Below are positions 1-9,126 of a stretch of DNA of 64,000 bases, piece after piece. The position numbers were made by a program, and so were the translations under genes. Numbering within the stretch: the first letter of the stretch is position 1; the number at the start of each line of letters is the position of its first letter. Source of the stretch: a virus (Duplodnaviria; Caudoviricetes); the IMG/VR virus record IMGVR_UViG_3300014208_000023, positions 320,001 through 384,000 of that record; one strand, 5' to 3'. The notes under the pieces were generated by a model. The model had not been told where the DNA came from. It ran no database searches and was given only the letters and a program-made list of their open reading frames with translations.

Positions 1-173
1 TCCGTTCTTTTTAAGAACAGAAATTTGACGATCCAACTGATCGATAGTTAGGCTGCTAAAGACTGGGCTTATCTCGTCTCTCTTAACTGAGAGTCCATTT
101 ATAGTTAATAGATCCTCAATTATCTGAGCAATTACATTTTCGCCTTCGTGACTAGATATTGTTATTTCCATTT

Positions 174-509
174 TTATATCGCTCTTCTAATGTTATTATC
201 GCCAAATATAAGTGGCTGATACTCAATAGGCCTAATTCCAACTTCTACATCCTGTAGCTCAACAGCTTGATTGGCCTCAGCCATTTGAGCAACCCGTAAT
301 TCTGATCTAATTTCTTTTATAGTTTTAACTAAAGCTTTTGGGCCAATTTCTGCGCTTATCTTTACTCTTTGAAAAAGAAATAAGTATTCAAAAGAAGAAT
401 CTTTTGCCTTAAAGTAATCACAAATTTCAATATATGCCGCAGGGTTCGATAACAATGTATCGCAGAATTCGTGAAAATTCTTTCTCTCTTCTAAAGTTAG
501 CTCACTCAT
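174..509 (-). CDS. hypothetical protein
   Basis: 111-aa ORF in a tightly packed minus-strand gene run. Confidence 0.7.
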   Translation of the reverse strand: MSELTLEERKNFHEFCDTLLSNPAAYIEICDYFKAKDSSFEYLFLFQRVKISAEIGPKALVKTIKEIRSELRVAQMAEANQAVELQDVEVGIRPIEYQPLIFGDNNIRRAI

Positions 510-981
510 TGTAATTGACCTTAAGTTTTCTTAATTTTTTAGAGGCCTGTTCAAAATCTTCTTTTGCTTTGGCAATTTTTCTGCGACGATCTTCAACCTT
601 AAACCAAGCACTAAATGCCTTTTTCTCTTTAAGGTAAATAGCCATTTCTGTTTGATATTTAATCATTTTTTTATCGTAAAGCTTTTGCTTACGAGCATAA
701 CTTTTCATTTCAAGATCAAAGCTATCATTCGATATAGATTCAAAATATTCAAGAGACGAGCCGCCATCATCACACTCATCTTCATAAGAATTAATTATAT
801 TTGCTTTTTCTAGCGGATAATTATTTGGCAACATTTTAATTATGTTGGAAATACTTATTGTTTGATCGTCTAAAGACCTATAACGAGGAAACTCTATGGT
901 TTTAGATGGTGCAGTTAATTTGTATGGATGAGTTGGATGAATTGGTTTCTTAGGTTTTTTCATAGAAATTTCTTGGATCAA
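502..981 (-). CDS. hypothetical Lys-rich protein
   Basis: 159-aa ORF overlapping both neighbours by a few codons. Confidence 0.7.
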   Translation of the reverse strand: MIQEISMKKPKKPIHPTHPYKLTAPSKTIEFPRYRSLDDQTISISNIIKMLPNNYPLEKANIINSYEDECDDGGSSLEYFESISNDSFDLEMKSYARKQKLYDKKMIKYQTEMAIYLKEKKAFSAWFKVEDRRRKIAKAKEDFEQASKKLRKLKVNYNE

Positions 982-1429
982 TAATTTTTATCTCTTTATT
1001 TTTGCTTTGGGCATATCGAACACAATTGCCTGTTCCGCCCTTTTGTGAATCATCGTAGCAAGCCAAAACCATATCGCAATTATCAACCAGATAACGGTTT
1101 CTAATTTCCATCTTCCAGGCTTCGTATTTGCCTTCTGATATAATAATCACCTCCTGGGCTTTTGTCAAGTATCCATCATATCGCTTTTGGCTTCTCAAGG
1201 GCCACATACTCTCTTGGCCTTTAAAAGGAACGGCAATCTGATATGGGATATGTAGAGCAATTGCGGCATCTATAATTAAAGAATCGAATCCTAATGCTCC
1301 ACCAGAAATAATTTTCTCTGGATTTACCTCTTCCAAAATTCGGACAACTTCAGCACATATAGGATTCCATATTTTATGAGGATAATACTTATTGAATATT
1401 TTTCTATGTCCAGTCCCGGAAATAATCAT
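950..1429 (-). CDS. SLOG-superfamily (YspA/DUF1273-like) protein
   Basis: N-terminal TGHR, ISGGALGFD, IAVPFxGQ, RNRYLVD and GGTGNCVRYA motifs typical of the YspA-like SLOG fold. Confidence 0.8.
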   Translation of the reverse strand: MIISGTGHRKIFNKYYPHKIWNPICAEVVRILEEVNPEKIISGGALGFDSLIIDAAIALHIPYQIAVPFKGQESMWPLRSQKRYDGYLTKAQEVIIISEGKYEAWKMEIRNRYLVDNCDMVLACYDDSQKGGTGNCVRYAQSKNKEIKIIDPRNFYEKT

Positions 1430-1460
1430 TTAAAACTCCATAATTCGAGATATATCACAG

Positions 1461-2384
1461 GTGGAGGAACTGATGGATTTAATTAACGAGGAAATATATG
1501 CGTATCTGGCTGGGTTTTTAGATGCTGACGGAAGCATCACAATTGTAAATAGAAACATTAAAGGAAAACCTACTCGTTATAGAGTGCAAATATGTGTATA
1601 TAACTGCAATATACTTATCATTAATAAATTAAAACATTTATTTGGAGGCAAAATACGGTCAAATAATGTTAATAGCTCTTATTCTAAATGGCGAAATTGT
1701 TTCGTATATAGTTTATCAGATAGCCAGGCAATTAATGTAATTAAGAATATTTATCCATATCTTATAATTAAGAAACGGCAAGCAGATATAGCGCTACAAA
1801 TAGCGGAAGTAAGATCAGAGGCAAATCCAGCAGAAAGACGATGGAACAAAGAAATTGCCAATAAAATTAATGATTCTATGCTTAGACTTAAAGCAGAAAT
1901 TAATAAATTAAATATTCGTGGAACAGAAAAAATATTCTCAAAAATAGATGTAAGCTCTATACCTTACAATAAGCATTATTTAGCAGGATTTTGTGATGCT
2001 GACGGATCAATTATGATTACCAAAATGGGAAAAGGCGTAGCGGCAAGAATTACATTTACTAATACTGACAAAAATATACTTGAATGGATTCGTTTTCACA
2101 AAGGCGGAGCAAACATTGAAACAAGAAACCATGGTAATGATAAATGGAATTTAGGATATTCTTTAAGATTTTACCCCAAAACAACATATCTTTTGGCTCA
2201 AGAATTATATCCGCATTTAATTTTAAAAAAAAGACAAGCCAAATTAGTATTAACTCTTGGAAAAATTAGAAAACTTTATTCTTCTGTTGAACTTCAAAAT
2301 AATATAAAACTTAATGAACGATGCCACTCATTAAATGAGAAATTAAAAACTATTTGTTCTAAATTAAATAAACGATCATTTTAA
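1461..2384 (+). mobile_element. free-standing double-motif LAGLIDADG homing endonuclease gene
   Basis: Two motifs YLAGFLDADGSI and YLAGFCDADGSI, each followed by YPxLxxKKRQA; antisense to both flanking genes. Confidence 0.9.
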
Positions 2385-2704
2385 TAACCAACACTCTTTT
2401 TACACCCACAAGAAGAAGTTTGATTGGGATCGGTAAAAATAAATCCAGTCTCCATTAAGCTATTTTTATAATCCATAACGGCTTCCGACATATACTGGCT
2501 TGAAATTTCATCAATAAAAACTTTTATTTCATTAAATTCAATAATAGTATCATTTTCTCTAGGATTTTTTTCAAATTCTATAGATCTTATTAGGCCGACA
2601 CAACCACCTCCGGCTAGCTTTATTCTTACCGAATAATAGCCAATACCTTCTTCATCAGAGATTTTTTTTATCTGTTTCGCGGCTTTTTCAGTTATTGAAA
2701 ACAT
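2381..2704 (-). CDS. iscA: HesB/IscA-family Fe-S cluster assembly (A-type carrier) protein
   Basis: ITEKAAKQIK start, GGGCVG, C-terminal SSCGC; three conserved Cys. Confidence 0.85.
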   Translation of the reverse strand: MFSITEKAAKQIKKISDEEGIGYYSVRIKLAGGGCVGLIRSIEFEKNPRENDTIIEFNEIKVFIDEISSQYMSEAVMDYKNSLMETGFIFTDPNQTSSCGCKKSVGY

Positions 2705-3144
2705 TTTATATCTCCAACAGACATATTTAATGCGTACGCAATATCTTTTATTACGTCCTTAATGTTAAGGATGCATTCATCATTCATTTGCTGATCAAAT
2801 TCAGTTCCCTGACCACCATTTTGTTCTAGCCCACTTAATTCATAACATGCGAACTCAAGTCTTTGATGAAGACCATTTTTTTGAACTATTGAATGATGGC
2901 CGGCTCCCATAAATAACTTTTTTCTTATTGGATCTTTACGAGAAAAACGATTATCTTTAGTGTCTCTGTAAAAATCATAGTTGCTTGACTTACTTATTAA
3001 TTCGCCAAGAAGATTTTCTTTTATTTGATTACACTCGCCAATATCTGTGGGAGAAAAATCATCATGCGTGTCGGCATAGTTTAAAACTAAAGCCTTAATT
3101 AGGCATTTCGCCTCATTATCAGTCAGATCTAAAACTATTGACAT
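2692..3144 (-). CDS. hypothetical protein
   Basis: 150-aa ORF in operon-like run. Confidence 0.7.
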   Translation of the reverse strand: MSIVLDLTDNEAKCLIKALVLNYADTHDDFSPTDIGECNQIKENLLGELISKSSNYDFYRDTKDNRFSRKDPIRKKLFMGAGHHSIVQKNGLHQRLEFACYELSGLEQNGGQGTEFDQQMNDECILNIKDVIKDIAYALNMSVGDIKCFQ

Positions 3145-3278
3145 GCTTCCATTTCCTCAGCTTCTTGAGCCAACAGGGATTCTAATATCCAATAAAAAAG
3201 GTCTGGCTCCATAGAATTAATATCATCTATGGTAATGTGCAGCCTATTCTGGACATAATATACTTCATCGCTTCCCAT
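3135..3278 (-). CDS. small hypothetical protein (47 aa)
   Basis: Manually translated MGSDEVYYVQ...EEMEACQ*; fills the gap between neighbours. Confidence 0.45.
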   Translation of the reverse strand: MGSDEVYYVQNRLHITIDDINSMEPDLFYWILESLLAQEAEEMEACQ

Positions 3279-3287
3279 AATAAATCT

Positions 3288-3578
3288 TTAGCTTTCTTTA
3301 TCTTCTGGAGACACTCTTGTTTGAGAAAACAAATCTCCTGGCGGCCTACAAATCATTGGAATGTCCAAATCCTCAACTCCCAATTCATGCACCAGTCTAA
3401 TCACTCGTTCGCCCCTAGTTTCTTGTGGGGCCGGAACAAGTTTGCCATCAATTTCTAAAAATGGCTCGAAAGAATGAGAGCATCCGTAACACCCAGCGTC
3501 ACAATGGCGCTTGGCATCATCATCGGATTTTAAGCAATAACATCCGACACACATCATGATTTCATCAGATCGAGCCAT
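3288..3578 (-). CDS. hypothetical Cys-rich protein
   Basis: CVGCYC and CDAGCYGC clusters, possible metal binding. Confidence 0.65.
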   Translation of the reverse strand: MARSDEIMMCVGCYCLKSDDDAKRHCDAGCYGCSHSFEPFLEIDGKLVPAPQETRGERVIRLVHELGVEDLDIPMICRPPGDLFSQTRVSPEDKES

Positions 3579-3587
3579 TTTACACCA

Positions 3588-3878
3588 TTATTCCGTAATA
3601 ACTGCTAGGATGTTATATTCTTGAATCATCAAGAAATCCTGACCCTCAAACTTCAGCTTGATGCCGCTCTGTGGTGGGACGAGCACGACATTGCCTGGCT
3701 TTACCGACATCGGAACAAGCTGGCCGCTCTCAAGCGTTCGTCCGGGCCCTACGGCTAAAACCTCGGCTTCCTGCGACTCGCTCTGACCGGTGCCAGGAAT
3801 ATGTAGTCCTCCTGGGGTCATCTTGTTTTCTTCTCTGCGTTTGATTAGAACATTGTCATTCATTGGTGATAGTTTCAT
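3588..3878 (-). CDS. groES: co-chaperonin GroES
   Basis: MKLSPMNDNVLIKR, TPGGLHIP mobile loop, VLAVGPG, ILAV; start moved to internal ATG at 3878 (96 aa). Confidence 0.93.
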   Translation of the reverse strand: MKLSPMNDNVLIKRREENKMTPGGLHIPGTGQSESQEAEVLAVGPGRTLESGQLVPMSVKPGNVVLVPPQSGIKLKFEGQDFLMIQEYNILAVITE

Positions 3879-4077
3879 TTGTTTCTTCCTCTTCTTTATA
3901 ATTAAGTAACTCAAACCACGTATCAGTTGGCATCACCGCATAGATGCTGCCGTCCGCATTATAAATATATACCGTACCGATCTCATCCTCTTCAGCCCAG
4001 CCCCCTGTTTCAGTGTCTAAAAAATATTCGTTTAGAACTGAATCAATTATTTCCAAATCAGGAGCTTTATTTTTCAT
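3856..4077 (-). CDS. hypothetical acidic protein
   Basis: 73-aa ORF in gene run. Confidence 0.6.
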   Translation of the reverse strand: MKNKAPDLEIIDSVLNEYFLDTETGGWAEEDEIGTVYIYNADGSIYAVMPTDTWFELLNYKEEEETNETITNE

Positions 4078-4564
4078 AAATACCTAAAACCTCTTTTTCT
4101 TTTGAAGTTAGATTTAGATTCTTGATCTTGCGAAGAGCTGCTTTGCGAATGCTTTGCCGCTCTCGCTCTATCTCTTCATCTTTGATGCGCATCTTTTCAC
4201 AATATGCATCGTCTATAGCCTGATCTTTACAGTCAGCTATTTGCTCATAAATTGGACTAGCCAAACCAGCAATTAGGGCTTTTTTATATTTTTCTAGCAC
4301 ATAGTTTATTGATGCACTAGAAGCTACTGCCTTTTTAACTTCTGAAATGTTCAGCTTCATTGCTGCTAAATCTTGGTCTGAAATTTTCAACCTAATACAA
4401 TCGCCCTCAATATCTGAATCGTTACAATCATACCACTGATCAATAACATATTCTTTATCTGGTTGAAATGATTTAACCTGCGCATCAACTAATTTTTGTA
4501 GAATATTTTCTTGTATCATTTTTTGTCTCTCCAATATATCCATATTGAACATAGTCTTCCGCAA
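4067..4564 (-). CDS. hypothetical protein with C-terminal LxLTxx[QE]K motif
   Basis: Ends LNLTSKEKEVLGIYEK after a charged coiled-coil. Confidence 0.7.
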   Translation of the reverse strand: MRKTMFNMDILERQKMIQENILQKLVDAQVKSFQPDKEYVIDQWYDCNDSDIEGDCIRLKISDQDLAAMKLNISEVKKAVASSASINYVLEKYKKALIAGLASPIYEQIADCKDQAIDDAYCEKMRIKDEEIERERQSIRKAALRKIKNLNLTSKEKEVLGIYEK

Positions 4565-4788
4565 AACTTATCTTCAATAACCTCAAACCCACAATCTCTT
4601 AGGTTTGAGATGATAAATTCTGAACTGCCGTCCAAATCATAAACATGGTCTGCAGTCAAAATACACAAATCTTTTCCTTTATCAGCAGACTTCTCTATTA
4701 AGAATTCTGCCTTTTTAAGGTCATTGAATTTTGAGTTCAATTTCGCAGTCGAGGCCTTCGCTTTAATTGATTCTATTGAAAATTCCAT
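4516..4788 (-). CDS. small hypothetical protein, tandem paralog 3 of 3
   Basis: Shares IExxAxxG...LxxxGF...W pattern with the 4789 and 5047 ORFs. Confidence 0.65.
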   Translation of the reverse strand: MEFSIESIKAKASTAKLNSKFNDLKKAEFLIEKSADKGKDLCILTADHVYDLDGSSEFIISNLRDCGFEVIEDKFCGRLCSIWIYWRDKK

Positions 4789-5043
4789 TTACCACCTAAT
4801 ATTATAATGGCACAATAAACTATCATTGTTGCCGACAATTTGTGAAGCCTCAAAACCTTCTTCTTTGAGCTTTTCAATTACATATGTGCCATAACCATTT
4901 AGATTAAGGCCAAGAGTAGAAGTAGAGTTTTTTCCTAAACGGGCAGCGTCTAAAATAATATTCTTAATATCTAACATTGCCTTATTTCTAATTCGTAATT
5001 TTCCTATTTCAGATTGTCTCTTTACTTTTTGTAAGAATTCCAT
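4789..5043 (-). CDS. small hypothetical protein, tandem paralog 2 of 3
   Basis: ILDAARLG...LKEEGFE...IRW. Confidence 0.65.
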   Translation of the reverse strand: MEFLQKVKRQSEIGKLRIRNKAMLDIKNIILDAARLGKNSTSTLGLNLNGYGTYVIEKLKEEGFEASQIVGNNDSLLCHYNIRW

Positions 5044-5046
5044 TTT

Positions 5047-5280
5047 TCACCAACTAATTTTAGAGCCAACAATTTTAAATCCCTGCTCAATTAAATATTC
5101 TTTAATGTATTTAATATGCTCTTTTGAGTAGGACGTTTGCAAATAGGCATGACTCATTCCGGCATTTGCGCAATCTTCTATAATTTTAATTACGTTTCTT
5201 AAGCACGCATCTCTTTTGGAGATTAGGGCTACTTGCGTTTTTTTTCTAATGCTGGCAATATAATTCTGTTCCATGATCAT
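5047..5280 (-). CDS. small hypothetical protein, tandem paralog 1 of 3
   Basis: IEDCANAG...LIEQGFK...ISW; start moved to internal ATG. Confidence 0.65.
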   Translation of the reverse strand: MIMEQNYIASIRKKTQVALISKRDACLRNVIKIIEDCANAGMSHAYLQTSYSKEHIKYIKEYLIEQGFKIVGSKISW

Positions 5281-5918
5281 ACCGCCAATTTCTTTAGAAT
5301 TGCTTTTTGCGAAGCAGTTAAGCAAAGAGAATCTAAAAGCTCTTTGTTTTTATTGGCAATTTTTTGCTCACGCAAGGCCTTTCGTAAAGCTTTTTGCTTA
5401 TTCTTTTCTTTAATCTCATCAAGCTTGGCTTTTCTGATGGCAGCTTCTTCCGCTCTCTTTTTTCTAGCGGCAGCCTGATTCTTTTCGGTTTTAATTTTGG
5501 CTAATCTTTTCTTTTCAGCCTTAGCGTGCTCGGCTGCGGCCTTCTTCTCTCTATCTTCAATTAGTTGATTTGAGACCTTAAGAAATTCATTTACAAAATT
5601 AAGCTGCATTGTGGTTAGAAGCTTTTTGACTGCCGGAATTTTTCCGGCCTCTTCCAGAGAGGCCTCTGTTACCTTATCCAACCCTCTTGGATTTAGGTAA
5701 TGAACAACATTTCGTATCTGATGCTCTTCAACAGGGATATTTTTATAACGACTATAGCCATAGCCATAATAACTATATCTTCTAGAAGAAGACCATCTCT
5801 TGTACTTTATTGATGGCGCAACCCATTCTGCTGGAACTTTGGAAGTTACTGCATTAAAAGACTCTTCAATTAGCTTATTAGTATCTGCTTTGACTGGAAT
5901 TATTGTTTCTGTAATCAT
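5277..5918 (-). CDS. hypothetical coiled-coil protein with C-terminal LxLTxxQK motif
   Basis: K/E/A-rich helix, ends LCLTASQKAILKKLAV. Confidence 0.75.
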   Translation of the reverse strand: MITETIIPVKADTNKLIEESFNAVTSKVPAEWVAPSIKYKRWSSSRRYSYYGYGYSRYKNIPVEEHQIRNVVHYLNPRGLDKVTEASLEEAGKIPAVKKLLTTMQLNFVNEFLKVSNQLIEDREKKAAAEHAKAEKKRLAKIKTEKNQAAARKKRAEEAAIRKAKLDEIKEKNKQKALRKALREQKIANKNKELLDSLCLTASQKAILKKLAV

Positions 5919-6382
5919 TGTCCATCTACCATTTTCTTTAAAATTAATTTTTGTTCTGGAGTTAGTTTTAGTTGTGTAAATATATTGCCGGATTGCACTT
6001 GGTCTCTTACGCGCTTATCAGCTTCTTGTTGTTTTCTAATGCGTTCCTCTTGTTCCTTGGCAAATTTTGCTTGTGCTGCCTGATGGGCCTGCTTGATCTT
6101 TTTTTGCGCCGCCCTCAATATTTTTGAGCGTTTAACTTGCAATTTTAAATCTGAAATTATATTTTTCTCAAAATCTTTGATTAGATTTGAAATTGGTTCA
6201 AACTTATACATCTGCTCTTGCAGCTCTTGCGCCGGAGTATTTGATAGATAATCATCTAAAGCATTTATGCTTTTATCAGGCATTGACCGCAATTTGCTTG
6301 AGTAAAACCACTCCATTCTTGTAGATTTTTTTCCAATAACTTTTCTCATTGGAACTTCAGGTAACGGAATTTTTTTAATCAT
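5915..6382 (-). CDS. hypothetical coiled-coil protein with C-terminal LxLTxxQK motif
   Basis: Ends LKLTPEQKLILKKMVDGQ; ATGA-coupled. Confidence 0.75.
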   Translation of the reverse strand: MIKKIPLPEVPMRKVIGKKSTRMEWFYSSKLRSMPDKSINALDDYLSNTPAQELQEQMYKFEPISNLIKDFEKNIISDLKLQVKRSKILRAAQKKIKQAHQAAQAKFAKEQEERIRKQQEADKRVRDQVQSGNIFTQLKLTPEQKLILKKMVDGQ

Positions 6383-6816
6383 TTTGATCCGACCATTTTC
6401 TTTAGAATTTCTTTTTGCTCTCGCGTAAGATTTAGTTTAGCAAACATACTTTTAGCATTTTTCTTGGCCTCAATCTCTCTTGCTTTTCGCTCTTCTATTA
6501 ATCTTTTTCTTTTTCTGGCCAAAGCTAGGTCTGCCTTTTTTCTTTTTATGGTAGCTTTAACGGCTTTCTTTAGGCCATTAAAGATGCTGGCCTTATAAGC
6601 GGCCATAGCATCATTCATTACCTTAAGAGAAGATAATTTTTGTATATCATCATTTGATATAGACAAAACTCCTTCGCTAAAAAGCTCAATATCTTTATTT
6701 GACATTTTTCTCATTATGTTATCTAGCGAATATGATAAATCATATGGCTGAAATTTTGTCAAAACATTTGTAAAAACACTGTTAAACTCGGCTGTCTCGG
6801 TGGCTCTTGCGGTCAT
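6379..6816 (-). CDS. hypothetical coiled-coil protein with C-terminal LxLTxxQK motif
   Basis: Ends LNLTREQKEILKKMVGSK; ATGA-coupled. Confidence 0.75.
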   Translation of the reverse strand: MTARATETAEFNSVFTNVLTKFQPYDLSYSLDNIMRKMSNKDIELFSEGVLSISNDDIQKLSSLKVMNDAMAAYKASIFNGLKKAVKATIKRKKADLALARKRKRLIEERKAREIEAKKNAKSMFAKLNLTREQKEILKKMVGSK

Positions 6817-7391
6817 TATAATACTCCTTCCAGTAATCCTATTAGTGCAAATCCTTGACCTACCGGATAGTCAGGATGCGTGAAAACATCTTCTAAAGTC
6901 ATTTCTAGAAATCGGTAGTCATAGCCCTCATAGTCAATCAAAACAATGTCCTGCTCAGAGGTCTCATATAACTCTTTTAGAGTCTCGAATTCCTTAGTTT
7001 TGACGACCGCTTCCTTATATAATGGAAGAAAGATTTCATTCTGAGCCTCAAGCCTATTAAGCTTTCTGCCTTTCCACCAATGATGAAGGCATTCGTTCCA
7101 GGCACCTAAAGGATATTTGATTGGTTTCTTATTTTCCCAACCAGCCTTCGCCCACTTCCAATAGTTATCGTTTGGCTCGCCCTTATCGTTACTATACTGT
7201 GCGTATATTTTGGCGAACTGATAGCCGTTCTCAAGATTATGGGCCCAATATCCATCATAAAGATTAACTGGCCCAACATTAAACGGGCTCAGCATTCTTC
7301 CAAACGAGTCTGAATATGATGTTACATTTATGATAATGCTATCTTCTGGAACCTCATGTTTAAAAGAAAGATTGTAAAGAACTGGTTTCAT
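6816..7391 (-). CDS. conserved viral hypothetical protein (DUF6939-like)
   Basis: INVTS...LSPF...ENGYQFAKIY pattern recalled from a phage family; start at ATGA overlap. Confidence 0.5.
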   Translation of the reverse strand: MKPVLYNLSFKHEVPEDSIIINVTSYSDSFGRMLSPFNVGPVNLYDGYWAHNLENGYQFAKIYAQYSNDKGEPNDNYWKWAKAGWENKKPIKYPLGAWNECLHHWWKGRKLNRLEAQNEIFLPLYKEAVVKTKEFETLKELYETSEQDIVLIDYEGYDYRFLEMTLEDVFTHPDYPVGQGFALIGLLEGVL

Positions 7392-7672
7392 CTCTTTTCT
7401 TTTAGTTCCATAATCCATTCCTGAATTAATTGGGCGGATTCTTTTGACCTATCGCCTTCATGTAGAGGAATTAGATCGTGATGAACTTCGTTCATCCAAG
7501 GGTGAGAAACCAATCCCTTAAGATAAGCGTCCCCTCCATTCAATTCAATTACATTTCCATCCATAAACTCAACCAATAATTTGGTTCCGCCAAATATGCG
7601 GAAAGCAAAACACTTGCTGCCTATTGGATATGGGCCGTATTGTTTTGTAGTCAAATATAAATGCTTTTTCAT
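7388..7672 (-). CDS. hypothetical protein
   Basis: 94-aa ORF in gene run. Confidence 0.65.
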   Translation of the reverse strand: MKKHLYLTTKQYGPYPIGSKCFAFRIFGGTKLLVEFMDGNVIELNGGDAYLKGLVSHPWMNEVHHDLIPLHEGDRSKESAQLIQEWIMELKEKR

Positions 7673-7677
7673 TTGTG

Positions 7678-7959
7678 TTATTTAATAATTTCAACAATAT
7701 CTGCTTCAGCAACCTTATGATAGCCCTCAAAAGCTACAATTGAATCGCCTACTTTTATATGCGTCCAAAGATGGGTATCTAGAGGAACTAGGGTAGCATC
7801 AGTCATTTCGCCTGGGTTAAGTAAAAAATCAGCGTCATCAAAAAGAATTACTCCGGCTTCTTGGGCCGTATCTTTTGGAATCCTCCAATTAAACTTATTG
7901 TCACTATAAAGCCCACCTTTACGGGCAGGCATCAGATGCAGTGATACTTTAAATTTCAT
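7678..7959 (-). CDS. stand-alone protein resembling EF-Tu domain III beta-barrel
   Basis: KFxxxLxLxxxxxGG...LxPG...GDxxxxxEGxxxVAxxxIxEI aligns by eye with the EF-Tu C-terminal domain. Confidence 0.55.
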   Translation of the reverse strand: MKFKVSLHLMPARKGGLYSDNKFNWRIPKDTAQEAGVILFDDADFLLNPGEMTDATLVPLDTHLWTHIKVGDSIVAFEGYHKVAEADIVEIIK

Positions 7960-7960
7960 A

Positions 7961-8389
7961 TTAGTTCAAATGCCTCATGTCCTTTTTGGGAGCATTAGAT
8001 ATTAACGCCTCGACTGGCTTGCTGTCTGATGACTCGCCTTCTTCGGCGGACTTGTCTTTATTTCCGAAATGATCGCTCATTTCTTTTAGAAAGAAAGCCG
8101 TTTCATTCTCCTCTATAAATATAGATGAGCTTGCTATCTGATAGGCTCTTTCCAGAATCATCTCTCCAGTTGCCGAGTTTTCAAAAAGAAACTCCGCCTT
8201 TTCCTCATCAGAGCCTAGGGTTTTGACGTGAGCAATGGCTTTTTCAGCTTCCTCAAGACGCTCCTGCTCTTCTTCATTTTCCGGCTCCTCATTAACTCCA
8301 TTTTCCAAAAAATCATCTAAAACAATATGTTCGGCCATATGTATGGCTCTTTCCTTATCGGTATCTGATAGTGTCGAAAATAGCTTCAT
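7961..8389 (-). CDS. hypothetical acidic protein
   Basis: 142-aa ORF, first gene of the leftward run. Confidence 0.7.
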   Translation of the reverse strand: MKLFSTLSDTDKERAIHMAEHIVLDDFLENGVNEEPENEEEQERLEEAEKAIAHVKTLGSDEEKAEFLFENSATGEMILERAYQIASSSIFIEENETAFFLKEMSDHFGNKDKSAEEGESSDSKPVEALISNAPKKDMRHLN

Positions 8390-8484
8390 TTTATTCTCCG
8401 TTTATTCTTCGTTCGTTCGTTACGCTCAATGTTACTAGTGATTTTTGCCTTCTCGACAACTTTATATCTATAAAGCGGTATATA

Positions 8485-9126
8485 ATGGGCGGTTCCCTGA
8501 GGATTGTGGCGTTATTACTAGCTGTTTTTTTTATAGTCTTTAGCGGGACTTGCTGCATCCTCCAACACAAATCGAAGCAGCCAGCAATTTGGCTTTCCGA
8601 ACCCATTAAGAAAACCGTCTGGATTGACGCATCCTTTTCCGAAGAGGAAAAGAATGATATCGTTAGGGCCTATAAAAGGCTAGAATGCAGCACAAATCAT
8701 TCCATAGTTCAGTTTGAATTCATTACCAACGCTAGTGTTGCGGACTACTATCAGATGAGAATAAGTCCAAGCATAGTGATTATGAGTGTAGATAGTAAGG
8801 ACCCAAGAATTAGAGCGTCAGATAGAAGACTAGCAAAGGAACATAAAGGCAAACAAACTGCCGGACTCTTCTTGAGTCAAGAAGAAATTCCAACTGTTCT
8901 TTTGCCAAGAGATAGGTTAATTAGAAGCACATTTTATGAAGTTGCCTTACATGAAGCCATTCATTCTTCGTTAAATATACTTGACCATAGCGAAAGTAAA
9001 AGTGCCGTTATGTTCTATGCTATGGATGAAACATCAGCCCACGACATCTCTAAAGATGATTTGAAATTTATTTGTGAATATTACCAGTGTGACGCCGAAT
9101 CTTTTAATGTATGTGGTGGAGAATGA
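8485..9126 (+). CDS. exported matrixin/metzincin-like Zn metallopeptidase
   Basis: N-terminal hydrophobic segment; HEAIH...DH zinc motif plus AVMF Met-turn; start moved to ATG 8485. Confidence 0.75.
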   Translation: MGGSLRIVALLLAVFFIVFSGTCCILQHKSKQPAIWLSEPIKKTVWIDASFSEEEKNDIVRAYKRLECSTNHSIVQFEFITNASVADYYQMRISPSIVIMSVDSKDPRIRASDRRLAKEHKGKQTAGLFLSQEEIPTVLLPRDRLIRSTFYEVALHEAIHSSLNILDHSESKSAVMFYAMDETSAHDISKDDLKFICEYYQCDAESFNVCGGE

